From an uncultured Formosa sp. (GTDB lineage Bacteria > Bacteroidota > Bacteroidia > Flavobacteriales > Flavobacteriaceae), in NCBI RefSeq assembly GCF_947500765.1, contig NZ_CANMTH010000011.1, positions 14,968-78,967 of the forward strand: DNA of 64,000 nucleotides, read 5' to 3'. The notes under the pieces were generated by a model, which was not told where the DNA came from, ran no database searches, and saw nothing but the letters and a program-made list of their open reading frames with translations. Within the stretch, counting starts at the first letter, position 1, and the number at the start of each line of letters is the position of its first letter. Shown here one piece after another: positions 29,051 to 38,320 of the stretch. A program made the position numbers and the translations under genes.

Positions 29051-29137
29051 TTCCTCATATTAACTTATATTTTAATTCTTAAAATAATAACGGGATAAAA
29101 AAACTCTTTTTATCTTTGATTAAATACTAATACACAA

Positions 29138-29641
29138 ATGGAAGCTATTAAAAATATTATTTTAACTCACGATGAAATCAATCATAAAATAAAACGTATT
29201 GCGTATCAAATTTATGAGAGTAATGTCTATGAGGAAGAAGTGATTTTAGCAGGAATAGACAGTAATGGCTATATTTTAGCCAAAAAGCTAAAATCAATTT
29301 TAAGTAAAATTTCACCTATAAAGCCTGTACTTTGTAAAGTTATTATTGATAAAAAAAATCCAAGAAATGACATTAAAACATCTTTAAGAGTCGATGAATA
29401 CACTAATAAATCGATTGTTTTAATTGACGATGTTTTAAATTCAGGAACCGCTTTAATATATGGTGTACGCTTTTTTTTAGACGTGCCTTTAAAGCAATTT
29501 AAAACCGCTGTATTAGTCAATAGAAATCACAAAAAATACCCTGTTAAAGCCGATTTTAAAGGTATCTCTTTATCTACGTCCTTAAAGGAACACGTCACAG
29601 TAGATTTTGATGGAAAAAATTACGAAGCCTATTTAGACTAA
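29138..29641 (+). CDS. PyrR-like phosphoribosyltransferase
   Basis: IKRIAYQIYE, VLIDDVLNSGTAL (PRPP loop), LVNRNHKKYPVKADFKG. Confidence 0.8.
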   Translation: MEAIKNIILTHDEINHKIKRIAYQIYESNVYEEEVILAGIDSNGYILAKKLKSILSKISPIKPVLCKVIIDKKNPRNDIKTSLRVDEYTNKSIVLIDDVLNSGTALIYGVRFFLDVPLKQFKTAVLVNRNHKKYPVKADFKGISLSTSLKEHVTVDFDGKNYEAYLD

Positions 29642-30154
29642 GTGAGACATCACCTCATCCAACACGGCCATTTCTGTAGTATTATCTACAGGAATTACAA
29701 CCTGAGCTTGATTGTAGTATACTGCACGCTCGAACATGTGCTTCCCTATAAACTCCATTAATTCATTATCTGTACTAAATCGACTTAATAATGGTCGATT
29801 TTCTTTTTCATGCTTTAAACGACTTGTTAACTCCTTTATGCCGGCTTTGAAGTAAAAAGATTTTGCATTTTTATGTTGTGTGATTAACTCCATATTATTA
29901 GCATAGCACGGTGTACCACCTCCAAGCGCTAAAACAATATTATTTTGTTCTTCCAAAAGCCCTTTTAAATACTCATTCTCTTTTTTTCTAAAATAGATTT
30001 CTCCACGTGATTTAAACAATTCCGGAATAGATAACTGTTCTTGTTCTTCTATATAATCGTCTAAATCTATAAAAGGATAATTAAGTGCTTTTGCTAATTT
30101 TTTACCCAAAGTAGACTTCCCCGAGCCCATATACCCTATTAAAATTAAATTCAT
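29633..30154 (-). CDS. aroK: Shikimate kinase
   Basis: GYMGSGKST, GEIYFRKKE, LGGGTPC, NRPLL. Confidence 0.95.
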   Translation of the reverse strand: MNLILIGYMGSGKSTLGKKLAKALNYPFIDLDDYIEEQEQLSIPELFKSRGEIYFRKKENEYLKGLLEEQNNIVLALGGGTPCYANNMELITQHKNAKSFYFKAGIKELTSRLKHEKENRPLLSRFSTDNELMEFIGKHMFERAVYYNQAQVVIPVDNTTEMAVLDEVMSHLV

Positions 30155-30288
30155 TTAAAGTGTTTTTTATTGATCCTTAAAAACATACGTATTTAAGCAA
30201 CAAAAAAACGAAAAAAAAATCAGAAACACGCTTGGAATTCTAAATAAAGATGATATATTTGCACCCGCAATACGCAAACAAAAACAAA

Positions 30289-30361
30289 GACCTGGTAGCT
30301 CAGTTGGTAGAGCATCTCCCTTTTAAGGAGAGGGTCCTGGGTTCGAGCCCCAGCCCGGTCA
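30289..30361 (+). tRNA. tRNA-Lys(TTT), copy 1
   Basis: Cloverleaf; anticodon arm TCTCC-CTTTTAA-GGAGA; TTCGA T-loop; TATATTTG promoter upstream. Confidence 0.97.
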
Positions 30362-30365
30362 CAAG

Positions 30366-30397
30366 AAAAAGGTTAAACATATTTGTTTAACCTTTTT
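30366..30397 (+). terminator. Terminator after tRNA-Lys 1
   Basis: AAAAAGGTTAAACA-TATT-TGTTTAACCTTTTT. Confidence 0.8.
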
Positions 30398-30423
30398 TAT
30401 TTTTACATCCTATTTATTATAAT

Positions 30424-30508
30424 GCGCACGTGGCGGAATTGGTAGACGCGTTGGCTTGAGGGGCCAGTGTCCGTTTAGGACGTGGAAGTTCGAATCTTCT
30501 CGTGCGCA
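30424..30508 (+). tRNA. tRNA-Leu(GAG)
   Basis: GCGCACG/CGTGCGC acceptor stem, anticodon loop TTGAGGG, long variable arm. Confidence 0.96.
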
Positions 30509-30696
30509 CTTTTACTTATTTTATATTTTTCCTTGTTTTAAAACGCTTAAAAACAACACAAACAACTTGTTTACAAGGCTTTAAAACAGATTATTTCATT
30601 CAAGAATAAAATAAATAAAAAATATTTTAAAAATAGGTTGTTTTTCTAAATAAAGGTCGTATATTTGCACCCTCGTTATAGAGAAAGAAAAACAAT

Positions 30697-30769
30697 GACC
30701 TGGTAGCTCAGTTGGTAGAGCATCTCCCTTTTAAGGAGAGGGTCCTGGGTTCGAGCCCCAGCCCGGTCA
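30697..30769 (+). tRNA. tRNA-Lys(TTT), copy 2
   Basis: Identical to copy 1; own TATATTTG promoter. Confidence 0.97.
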
Positions 30770-30772
30770 CAG

Positions 30773-30805
30773 AAAAGGTTAAACAGCAATGTTTAACCTT
30801 TTTTT
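30773..30805 (+). terminator. Terminator after tRNA-Lys 2
   Basis: AAAAGGTTAAACA-GCAA-TGTTTAACCTTTT plus T-run. Confidence 0.8.
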
Positions 30806-30989
30806 ATTTGTATAACCTTACATATTATAGTGTATATTTTCTTTCATTTTGTACTCAAACAAAATGAAAAGTTATCACTCACCAACTATTCTTACTCTTG
30901 TTTTTTTACTTTTTTAAATTAGTTATTACTATTGATACGCCTTGTTGAAACGATTTAAAAGTAAAATAGAAGTCTTTTAAAACTAAAAC

Positions 30990-31556
30990 TTACTCATTTA
31001 ACAATTTATCTATAGTTTCTCTTACCGTATCGCTATTCCAATTGGAAGCTCCCGTTTTATCGATTACAATATTCCCTGCTTTACTTATTAGCAATGTTCT
31101 AGGTATTGTAGATGTATTTAAACGCTCTGGAATAACTGAAATAGGTTGATGTACAGGAATATGAAACCCTTTCTTTTTTAAGAACGATTCGATAACCTTT
31201 TGCTCTTCATTAGACACAAACAGAAACTGCACTTTATCTTTATAGTCTTGATGTAAATTTACCAAACTTGGCATTTCTGCAATACAAGGTGGGCACCAAG
31301 TTGCCCAAAAATTAACAAGAACAACTTTTCCTTGAGCAGATTTAAAATCGTAGGAATTTCCATCTAAATCTATTAATTTCCATTGATAAGAATCAATCTG
31401 CTTCTGATTTTCTATAGCTTCTACAGAAGGACCAAATAATGCTAATCCTTTTTGGATAAAGACCTGAATAGGTTGTCGTGTTTGTGGAATAATTAATAAC
31501 ACTAAAAAAGCGCCAAAAATGATATTGGAAATTTTATTTTTTTTTGATTTTAACAT
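30990..31556 (-). CDS. TlpA-family thiol:disulfide oxidoreductase
   Basis: VNFWATWCPPCIAEMP; start moved to MLKSKK because the longer ORF crosses a terminator. Confidence 0.9.
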   Translation of the reverse strand: MLKSKKNKISNIIFGAFLVLLIIPQTRQPIQVFIQKGLALFGPSVEAIENQKQIDSYQWKLIDLDGNSYDFKSAQGKVVLVNFWATWCPPCIAEMPSLVNLHQDYKDKVQFLFVSNEEQKVIESFLKKKGFHIPVHQPISVIPERLNTSTIPRTLLISKAGNIVIDKTGASNWNSDTVRETIDKLLNE

Positions 31557-31570
31557 AATATACACTGTAT

Positions 31571-31611
31571 AAAAAAAAAGAAACGCATCATCTTTAAGAT
31601 GAATGCGTTTC
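31571..31611 (-). terminator. Terminator of the spondin gene
   Basis: GAAACGCAT-CATCT..AGATG-ATGCGTTTC hairpin with A9 on the + strand. Confidence 0.75.
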
Positions 31612-31666
31612 AAATTTAGCAACAAAATTCTAATTACATTAAGAATTTCGATTTCAATTATAATTA

Positions 31667-33028
31667 CTAGTTTGCTGTAATTGTTACTTTAAGAAGTGTA
31701 TTTACTGCTGGATATGTAAACCCATCATTAACATCGCTTAAAAGTAAAACATTTCCATTTTCTTCTTCCCCAGTATCACTATCTAATTGGTTTGTTACTG
31801 TATTAGGACCTATTGCAGGTTCTTCATTAACCTCTGTTCCTGCATCCCATAAATAGATACTACTTGTTACATCTCCGTTAATTGCCACTCCACTTGTATT
31901 AAAAAGCGCAATTCCATCATCATCTGTTCCAAGAAACACATCATTAGTTGCTGCTAACATGTTTACAAAAGATAAATGATCTCCTATTTGAGCATCAAAA
32001 GTAAACTCGTAAGAACTACCTGGTAAAATTGGTCCTGCACTACTACTTCCTACTGGTGTATTCATAATAGCACCTTCGGTAACTCCTGATAAACTTAAAA
32101 TGTTAGCGCCTAAGATTGCTACATTTCCATCTTCTGCAATAGCTTCAACACCATTTCCATAATCTACTGTTCCTTCTGTAAATAATGGATTTGTATTATC
32201 TTCATGAATTACCCAAACCCCTGGAGATGCTGGATAAGTTACTCCTGTATTTTCTGCTGTATACGTTCCTAAGTTTGTTACATCACCATCTTCTGCAATA
32301 TTCTCTATACCTTGTCCTAAATCTGGTTCACCTTCAGTAAATAAAGGATTAGTTCCGCCATGTACAACATATACACCTGGAGAAAGTGGCGCTACTCTAT
32401 CGCCTAAACTTGTAGATAATGTGGCATCGGCTAAATCTTCAATACTAATTAAAAACTGAGTCCCTTGCATATAAGTTACACTTACATTAATGATCTCGTT
32501 CACTTCTGGAAAATCGAAAGCGTCTCCATTTGTAACATTACTCATTAATAATACATTTCCATTTTCAACAACACCTGTATTTGGTCCTGATTGATTCGTA
32601 ACTGTATTAGGTCCTACTGAAGGCTCTTCATTAACTTCTGTTCCTGCATCCCAAAGATATACTTGATCTGTAACGTCTCCTGAAATAGGATTTCCATTTT
32701 CATCATATAACGCAATTCCGTCATTACCTGGTCCAAAAAATGCATCATTAGTTGCGGCTAACATGGTTACAAATGATAAACTCTGGCTTCTACCAGCATC
32801 TACTACAAATTCATATTTTTTTCCTGGTGTTGCAGGTCCTGGGCTAGAATCTCCTGTTGGTGTGTTAAATATACCCGATTTTAAATAGGCATTAACTGGT
32901 GCTATATTTTCAATAGTTACAGTAAATGATCCGTCTGGTGTTGTATTTACATTTGAATTATCATCATCACTTGAACATGACATTCCTACTAAACCTAAAA
33001 AGGCTGCTCCTAAAACTAATTTCCTCAT
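31667..33028 (-). CDS. Lipoprotein with two tandem Spondin_N-like domains
   Basis: Lipobox GMSC followed by SSDDD; repeated LSFVxMLAATNDxF, YLWDAGTEVNEEP and SPGV motifs. Confidence 0.8.
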   Translation of the reverse strand: MRKLVLGAAFLGLVGMSCSSDDDNSNVNTTPDGSFTVTIENIAPVNAYLKSGIFNTPTGDSSPGPATPGKKYEFVVDAGRSQSLSFVTMLAATNDAFFGPGNDGIALYDENGNPISGDVTDQVYLWDAGTEVNEEPSVGPNTVTNQSGPNTGVVENGNVLLMSNVTNGDAFDFPEVNEIINVSVTYMQGTQFLISIEDLADATLSTSLGDRVAPLSPGVYVVHGGTNPLFTEGEPDLGQGIENIAEDGDVTNLGTYTAENTGVTYPASPGVWVIHEDNTNPLFTEGTVDYGNGVEAIAEDGNVAILGANILSLSGVTEGAIMNTPVGSSSAGPILPGSSYEFTFDAQIGDHLSFVNMLAATNDVFLGTDDDGIALFNTSGVAINGDVTSSIYLWDAGTEVNEEPAIGPNTVTNQLDSDTGEEENGNVLLLSDVNDGFTYPAVNTLLKVTITAN

Positions 33029-33067
33029 AATTTATATTTTAATATTTGTTATTAATTATTTATGAAG

Positions 33068-33112
33068 CAAATCTATGGGATAACAATAAGTTGTTTTGTT
33101 AGCTACCTAACA
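33068..33112 (-). promoter_or_regulatory. Spondin promoter: -7 element TAGATTTG (33075-33068) and Crp-type operator TGTTA-N6-TAACA (33097-33112)
   Basis: Perfect TGTTAG-CTAC-CTAACA palindrome centred about 41 bp upstream of the inferred start site. Confidence 0.7.
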
Positions 33113-33124
33113 CAAATGAAAAAA

Positions 33125-33796
33125 TTATGCGACTTTTTTTAATATTCTGATTTCTTTACGATGAAATTCTAGATAATTCTCCTCTTTAAGTTCGTTTAAA
33201 AGAATATTTAATGTTGGTCTTGAAGTTCCTATTAATGAAGCAATATCACTTTGTGTATAATGATGACAGATTACAGTATCTCCTGTTTCTGGGCAGTTAT
33301 AGCCAGAGTCTGCACATAGCTCTGCAAGAAACTCAATTAATCTGGTTTTAGAATCTTTAAAAAGCAACAGCTGTAACCTACGCTCTAGTTTTTTAAATTT
33401 TAGCCCAATAAACTTATAGACTTTAAAACTAAAAGGCTGATTATCTCGCATTAAATCATACATAGTATCTACGCCTATTGGACAAATAGATGTTGTATTA
33501 TCTAAAGACTGGGCAAATTCGTCACGCTTAGATTCTCCTAAAATGGCTTTTTCTCCAAAGAGTTCGCCTTTAGCTAGAATGGCTTTAACAACTTCCTCTC
33601 CATCTTCATTATAATATCCGATTTTTACTTTTCCTTTTTCAATCAAAAAGATTTTGTTAGACGCATCTTCTTCAAAATAGATATAATCTTTCTTTCTATA
33701 TTCTGAAAAAGAATGTCCCTTTTTATAAGCTTTAAACTTATGTGGACACAACATATTAAATAAATTAACATCTTCAAAAAACCAGACTGTACTCAT
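33125..33796 (-). CDS. Crp/Fnr family transcriptional regulator
   Basis: GKVKI, GELFGE cyclic-nucleotide-binding fold; C-terminal HTH TQSDIASLIGTSRPTLNILL. Confidence 0.92.
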   Translation of the reverse strand: MSTVWFFEDVNLFNMLCPHKFKAYKKGHSFSEYRKKDYIYFEEDASNKIFLIEKGKVKIGYYNEDGEEVVKAILAKGELFGEKAILGESKRDEFAQSLDNTTSICPIGVDTMYDLMRDNQPFSFKVYKFIGLKFKKLERRLQLLLFKDSKTRLIEFLAELCADSGYNCPETGDTVICHHYTQSDIASLIGTSRPTLNILLNELKEENYLEFHRKEIRILKKVA

Positions 33797-34347
33797 ATAT
33801 GTTTGTATAATTAGTTAGTATAATTAAATGGTCGGTAAGGTATGAGCTTCCTTACTTACGCCTTTAACAAAAAAACGCTAAAGCCTAAGCGCTTTTTTAT
33901 TTATAAAACACTTAAAATCAATAAATAGTCCAAACCATTCTCTTTTAATTAAAAAGCTTTCGAAACATCCTTTACACTAATCTCTATCATATATATATTA
34001 TGTATTTAGCACTTGACCTCGTTTTTTAACACTTAAGAATGATGTTCTAAGTAGAGTTATTAATATTATAATCTAACATCTGTTTTAAATTATTAATACC
34101 TAAGCTCTATATGTTTATATAACAAAAGGATTTTGAAAGTCTGTATATTTTCTCAATTTTATTAGAATAAAACACATAAAAACAACATACTGTTTTTTAA
34201 GCATTTACACATAAAATACAAGTATTAAACTAGAATAACGTTAATAAAATTGTTATTTAAGTTTGTTACTATGTTATTCGTCTAAAAAATAATTAATCTC
34301 TATTTGTTTTTTTGAAATTAAGTAATAATAATCCTATAAATAGATTT

Positions 34348-35400
34348 ATGATGAAAAAATTACTTAAAAAATTATCTTTAACAGCAGTGTTATCTTTAAC
34401 ACTTGCAAGCGTATATGCACAAGATCCAGATGCTTTTTTACATGTACAATTTGAAAATAATTTAAATGCCAGTACTACAGAAGCTGCTGGTATTAGCTTT
34501 GAAGTTTCCGATCCTGATATCGCAATAAATTATAACAGTAGTAACACTAAAGAAGGTAGTTATGCTATAGATTTCTCAAGTTACACTGAAAGTGATGATA
34601 ATAGTTTAATTGATAATACGTCTTCTGTACAAATTGAAAGCACAACAAAGTTCGCTATTACAGGTAGTAATGCTCGTACTTTCGCTGCTTGGATTAGATT
34701 TGATGATATAAATTCAGATACAGACGGGTCCTATTGTATAATGAATATGGGCGACCCAAGTTCTAGCTCTCAAGGAAGAGTGACTTGGTCTTTTGCTGCT
34801 GCTAATGATCGAATTCAAATAGCTGTAGGAGGAGGTAATGTTAACAGTAATTACGACACTAGCTCAAATTCAAATTTAGAAGATGGTAATTGGCATCACG
34901 TGGCATTTACTTATGCTGCTGGAGCAACGTTAGATGCCATTATTTTTTATATAGATGGAGAAGCTGTTACCAACAATGGTGGTAGCAATTCAGACTCTGT
35001 TGGCTTTAATACAGACGAAGATTTAGTGTATATAGCCACAAGAGGAAACAATAGTCAAAAATGGTTTGACGGCGGTGGCATAGATGATCTTAGAGTGTAT
35101 GACGAAGTGCTTACTGCAGAAGAAATCTTATTAATTTATGGTGGTACTTATCTTAATATAGGAGATGTGGCTTTTGAAGAGCATGAACTTAAAGCTTACC
35201 CAAATGCTGTAGAAGACTTTTTAAATATAAAAACCACAAGTAATAGCGCCTTAAATATTAGTGTATTTGATATCACCGGGAAAGCAATTATAAGAACATA
35301 TGGAAACTCTGTTGATATGAGTGGGTTAACTTCTGGATTATATATTGTAAAAGTTAGAGAAGACAACAAAGTAGCAAACTTAAAGATTCTTAAAAAATAG
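34348..35400 (+). CDS. Secreted LamG-like jelly-roll protein with T9SS type A C-terminal domain
   Basis: Signal peptide; RTFAAWI, WHHVAFTY, FYIDG, IDDLRVYDEVLTAEEI; CTD YPNAVEDFLNI..GLYIVKV..LKILKK. Confidence 0.85.
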   Translation: MMKKLLKKLSLTAVLSLTLASVYAQDPDAFLHVQFENNLNASTTEAAGISFEVSDPDIAINYNSSNTKEGSYAIDFSSYTESDDNSLIDNTSSVQIESTTKFAITGSNARTFAAWIRFDDINSDTDGSYCIMNMGDPSSSSQGRVTWSFAAANDRIQIAVGGGNVNSNYDTSSNSNLEDGNWHHVAFTYAAGATLDAIIFYIDGEAVTNNGGSNSDSVGFNTDEDLVYIATRGNNSQKWFDGGGIDDLRVYDEVLTAEEILLIYGGTYLNIGDVAFEEHELKAYPNAVEDFLNIKTTSNSALNISVFDITGKAIIRTYGNSVDMSGLTSGLYIVKVREDNKVANLKILKK

Positions 35401-35424
35401 TGTTCTACAAGTTTATAATTTTCT

Positions 35425-35466
35425 AAAAAATCCTGTTGTATCTAAATCATATAACAGGATTTTTTT
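35425..35466 (+). terminator. Terminator after the LamG gene
   Basis: AAAAAATCCTGTT..AACAGGATTTTTTT. Confidence 0.8.
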
Positions 35467-35794
35467 AGCTTTTAAGAAATGGTAATTAGGTTCAAATTAT
35501 TCCATACCATATAGGTTGAGTCACACTATTATTTTAAAAGATTATGAAACTCTATTAAAAGTAGAGTTTAGAATGTTTATTAGTATTGTGGAACATGTGG
35601 TTACTAAATGTCTTTTTATTTTAATTTTTAATAAGGGACACCTGAATACTTATACTCTAGTGCTAATAAATTATGAAGTGGTAACTTGAAGTTTAAAATA
35701 CCATATAAATCACACCCTATTCCTATGGTAAACAATACTTAGTATGTTGAAATATTAGTTCTAAAAATTAGTATAGAAAAAAAATCTATAAACA

Positions 35795-35826
35795 AAAAAA
35801 TCTAGTCTGTACAGACTAGATTTTTT
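35795..35826 (-). terminator. Terminator after aconitase A (perfect 32-bp palindrome)
   Basis: AAAAAATCTAGTCTGTACAGACTAGATTTTTT. Confidence 0.75.
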
Positions 35827-35861
35827 GTTATAAAAACACTAAGTTATAAGAAAGCTCGTCG

Positions 35862-38141
35862 CTATTTTAAACTTTCAGCATTCTCTTTTTTAATTAAGTT
35901 TAATGCAGAACCTTCTTTATACCATGCAATTTGAGCCGCGTTATAGGTATGGTTCGTTACAATAATATCTTTAGTCCCATTTTCATGAACAAATTCTAAT
36001 GTTAACGGTTTATCTGGAGCAAACTCATTTAAATCTAAGAAGTTAATCGTATCGTCTTCTTGAATTAAATCGTAATCTGATTCGTTAGCAAATGTAATAC
36101 CTAACATCCCTTGTTTTTTGAGGTTTGTTTCGTGTATACGTGCAAAAGATTTTACTAACACAGCAGCGACACCTAAGTGACGTGGTTCCATAGCTGCATG
36201 TTCTCGAGAAGACCCTTCACCATAGTTATGATCTCCAACTACAATTGTTTTTACACCTGCAGCTTTATAGGCTCTTGCAGCATCAGGAACACCTTCAAAT
36301 TCTCCCGTTAATTGATTTTTAACAAAATTTGTTTTTTGGTTGAATGCATTTACAGCACCAATTAAACAGTTATTAGAAATATTATCTAAATGTCCACGGA
36401 AACGTAACCACGGTCCAGCCATAGAAATATGGTCGGTGGTACATTTACCAAAGGCTTTAATTAACAATTTAGCACCTGTTATATCATCTCCTAACGGCGT
36501 AAATGGTTCAAGTAATTGTAAACGCTCAGACGTTGGAGATACAGAAACAACGACACCACTACCATCTTCATCTGGAGCTAAATAGCCATTATCTTTTACT
36601 TCGAAACCTTTAGGAGGCAATTCCCATCCTGTTGGCTCATCGAACATCACTTCTTCCCCATCTTCATTAATTAATTTATCTTTCATTGGGTTGAAATCTA
36701 AACGCCCGGCAATAGCAATTGCAGCAACCATTTCTGGAGACGCTACGAATGCATGCGTATTTGGATTTCCATCGGCACGTTTCGCAAAGTTTCTGTTAAA
36801 CGAGTGAATGATACTGTTTTTAGGTGCGTTTTTAGGATCGCTATATCTTGCCCATTGACCAATACATGGTCCGCAAGCATTCGTAAAGATTTTAGCATCT
36901 AATTTCTCGAAAATTTCAAGAATCCCGTCACGTTCTGTAGTATATCTTACTTTTTCTGAACCTGGATTAATCCCAAATTCCGCTTTTGTTTTTAAGTTTT
37001 TATCTAAAGCTTGTTGGGCTATAGATGACGCACGAGATAAATCTTCGTAAGACGAATTGGTACACGATCCGATTAATCCCCATTCAACTTTTAAAGGCCA
37101 ATCGTTTGCTTTCGCTTTTTCAGTCATTGAAGCTCCAACAGGCGTAGACAAATCTGGAGTAAATGGTCCGTTTAATAATGGTGTTAATACAGATAAATCA
37201 ATTTCTATAACCTCATCAAAATATGTATTTGGGTCTGCATAAACCTCAGGATCTGCCGTTAAGTAGTCTTTAATTTCATTTGCAGCATCTGCAACATCTT
37301 CACGCTCTGTTGCGCGTAAATAACGTTCCATAGATTCGTCGTAACCAAAAGTTGATGTTGTTGCCCCAATTTCAGCACCCATATTACAGATTGTACCTTT
37401 ACCGGTACAAGACATAGATGTTGCGCCTTCACCAAAATATTCCACTATAGCACCTGTTCCTCCTTTTACAGTAAGAATTTCGGCTACTTTTAAAATCACA
37501 TCTTTAGGAGCTGTCCAACCCGATAATTTTCCGGTTAACTTCACACCTATTAATTTAGGAAATTTTAATTCCCAAGCCATACCTGCCATAACATCTACAG
37601 CGTCGGCACCACCAACTCCAATAGCTACCATACCTAAACCTCCTGCATTTACAGTATGGGAATCGGTACCAATCATCATCCCACCAGGGAATGCATAATT
37701 TTCTAGAACGACTTGGTGAATAATACCTGCTCCTGGTTTCCAGAATCCGATACCGTATTTGTTAGACACAGACTCTAAGAACTTAAAAACTTCGCTACTT
37801 ACATCGTTTGCGTGTTTTAAATCTGTAGACGCTCCATCTTTAGCTTGAATTAAGTGATCGCAATGTACTGTTGTTGGTACAGCCACATTATCTTTTCCTG
37901 CTTGCATGAATTGTAATAATGCCATTTGCGCAGTCGCATCTTGACATGCAATCCTATCTGGAGCAAAATCCACATAGTCCTTCCCTCTTGTAAATGCTTT
38001 ATCCGGAGTCCCGTCCCATAAATGAGAATATAAAATCTTTTCAGAAAGCGTTAACGGTTTGCCTACAATGCCGCGTGCTTTATCTACACGTTCCGCCATT
38101 TTGGTGTACACACCTTTAATCATATCAATGTCAAATGCCAT
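35862..38141 (-). CDS. acnA: Aconitate hydratase (mitochondrial-type)
   Basis: [50 protein letters not shown]. Confidence 0.95.
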   Translation of the reverse strand: MAFDIDMIKGVYTKMAERVDKARGIVGKPLTLSEKILYSHLWDGTPDKAFTRGKDYVDFAPDRIACQDATAQMALLQFMQAGKDNVAVPTTVHCDHLIQAKDGASTDLKHANDVSSEVFKFLESVSNKYGIGFWKPGAGIIHQVVLENYAFPGGMMIGTDSHTVNAGGLGMVAIGVGGADAVDVMAGMAWELKFPKLIGVKLTGKLSGWTAPKDVILKVAEILTVKGGTGAIVEYFGEGATSMSCTGKGTICNMGAEIGATTSTFGYDESMERYLRATEREDVADAANEIKDYLTADPEVYADPNTYFDEVIEIDLSVLTPLLNGPFTPDLSTPVGASMTEKAKANDWPLKVEWGLIGSCTNSSYEDLSRASSIAQQALDKNLKTKAEFGINPGSEKVRYTTERDGILEIFEKLDAKIFTNACGPCIGQWARYSDPKNAPKNSIIHSFNRNFAKRADGNPNTHAFVASPEMVAAIAIAGRLDFNPMKDKLINEDGEEVMFDEPTGWELPPKGFEVKDNGYLAPDEDGSGVVVSVSPTSERLQLLEPFTPLGDDITGAKLLIKAFGKCTTDHISMAGPWLRFRGHLDNISNNCLIGAVNAFNQKTNFVKNQLTGEFEGVPDAARAYKAAGVKTIVVGDHNYGEGSSREHAAMEPRHLGVAAVLVKSFARIHETNLKKQGMLGITFANESDYDLIQEDDTINFLDLNEFAPDKPLTLEFVHENGTKDIIVTNHTYNAAQIAWYKEGSALNLIKKENAESLK

Positions 38142-38320
38142 AAAATTTTGTTTTTTTTGTTATTTGATTTTAGTCTAAGTTACAAAATGTGAATGAGTAA
38201 TAAAAATATAATATTATATAGAATCATTATAACATAGAATACGTAAACTTACTATTGAGCATTACAACACATCCTAATTATGGCCCTTAAATATTGAAAA
38301 TGCATTATTATAAATGTGTT

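Noticed and set aside
30990-33028. TlpA co-transcribed with spondin as one redox operon
   Set aside because: A strong terminator at 31571-31611 separates them; linkage is positional only
35795-35826. Perfect 32-bp palindrome as a recombination or telomere-resolution site
   Set aside because: It sits just after the acnA stop with flanking A/T runs and is adequately explained as a terminator
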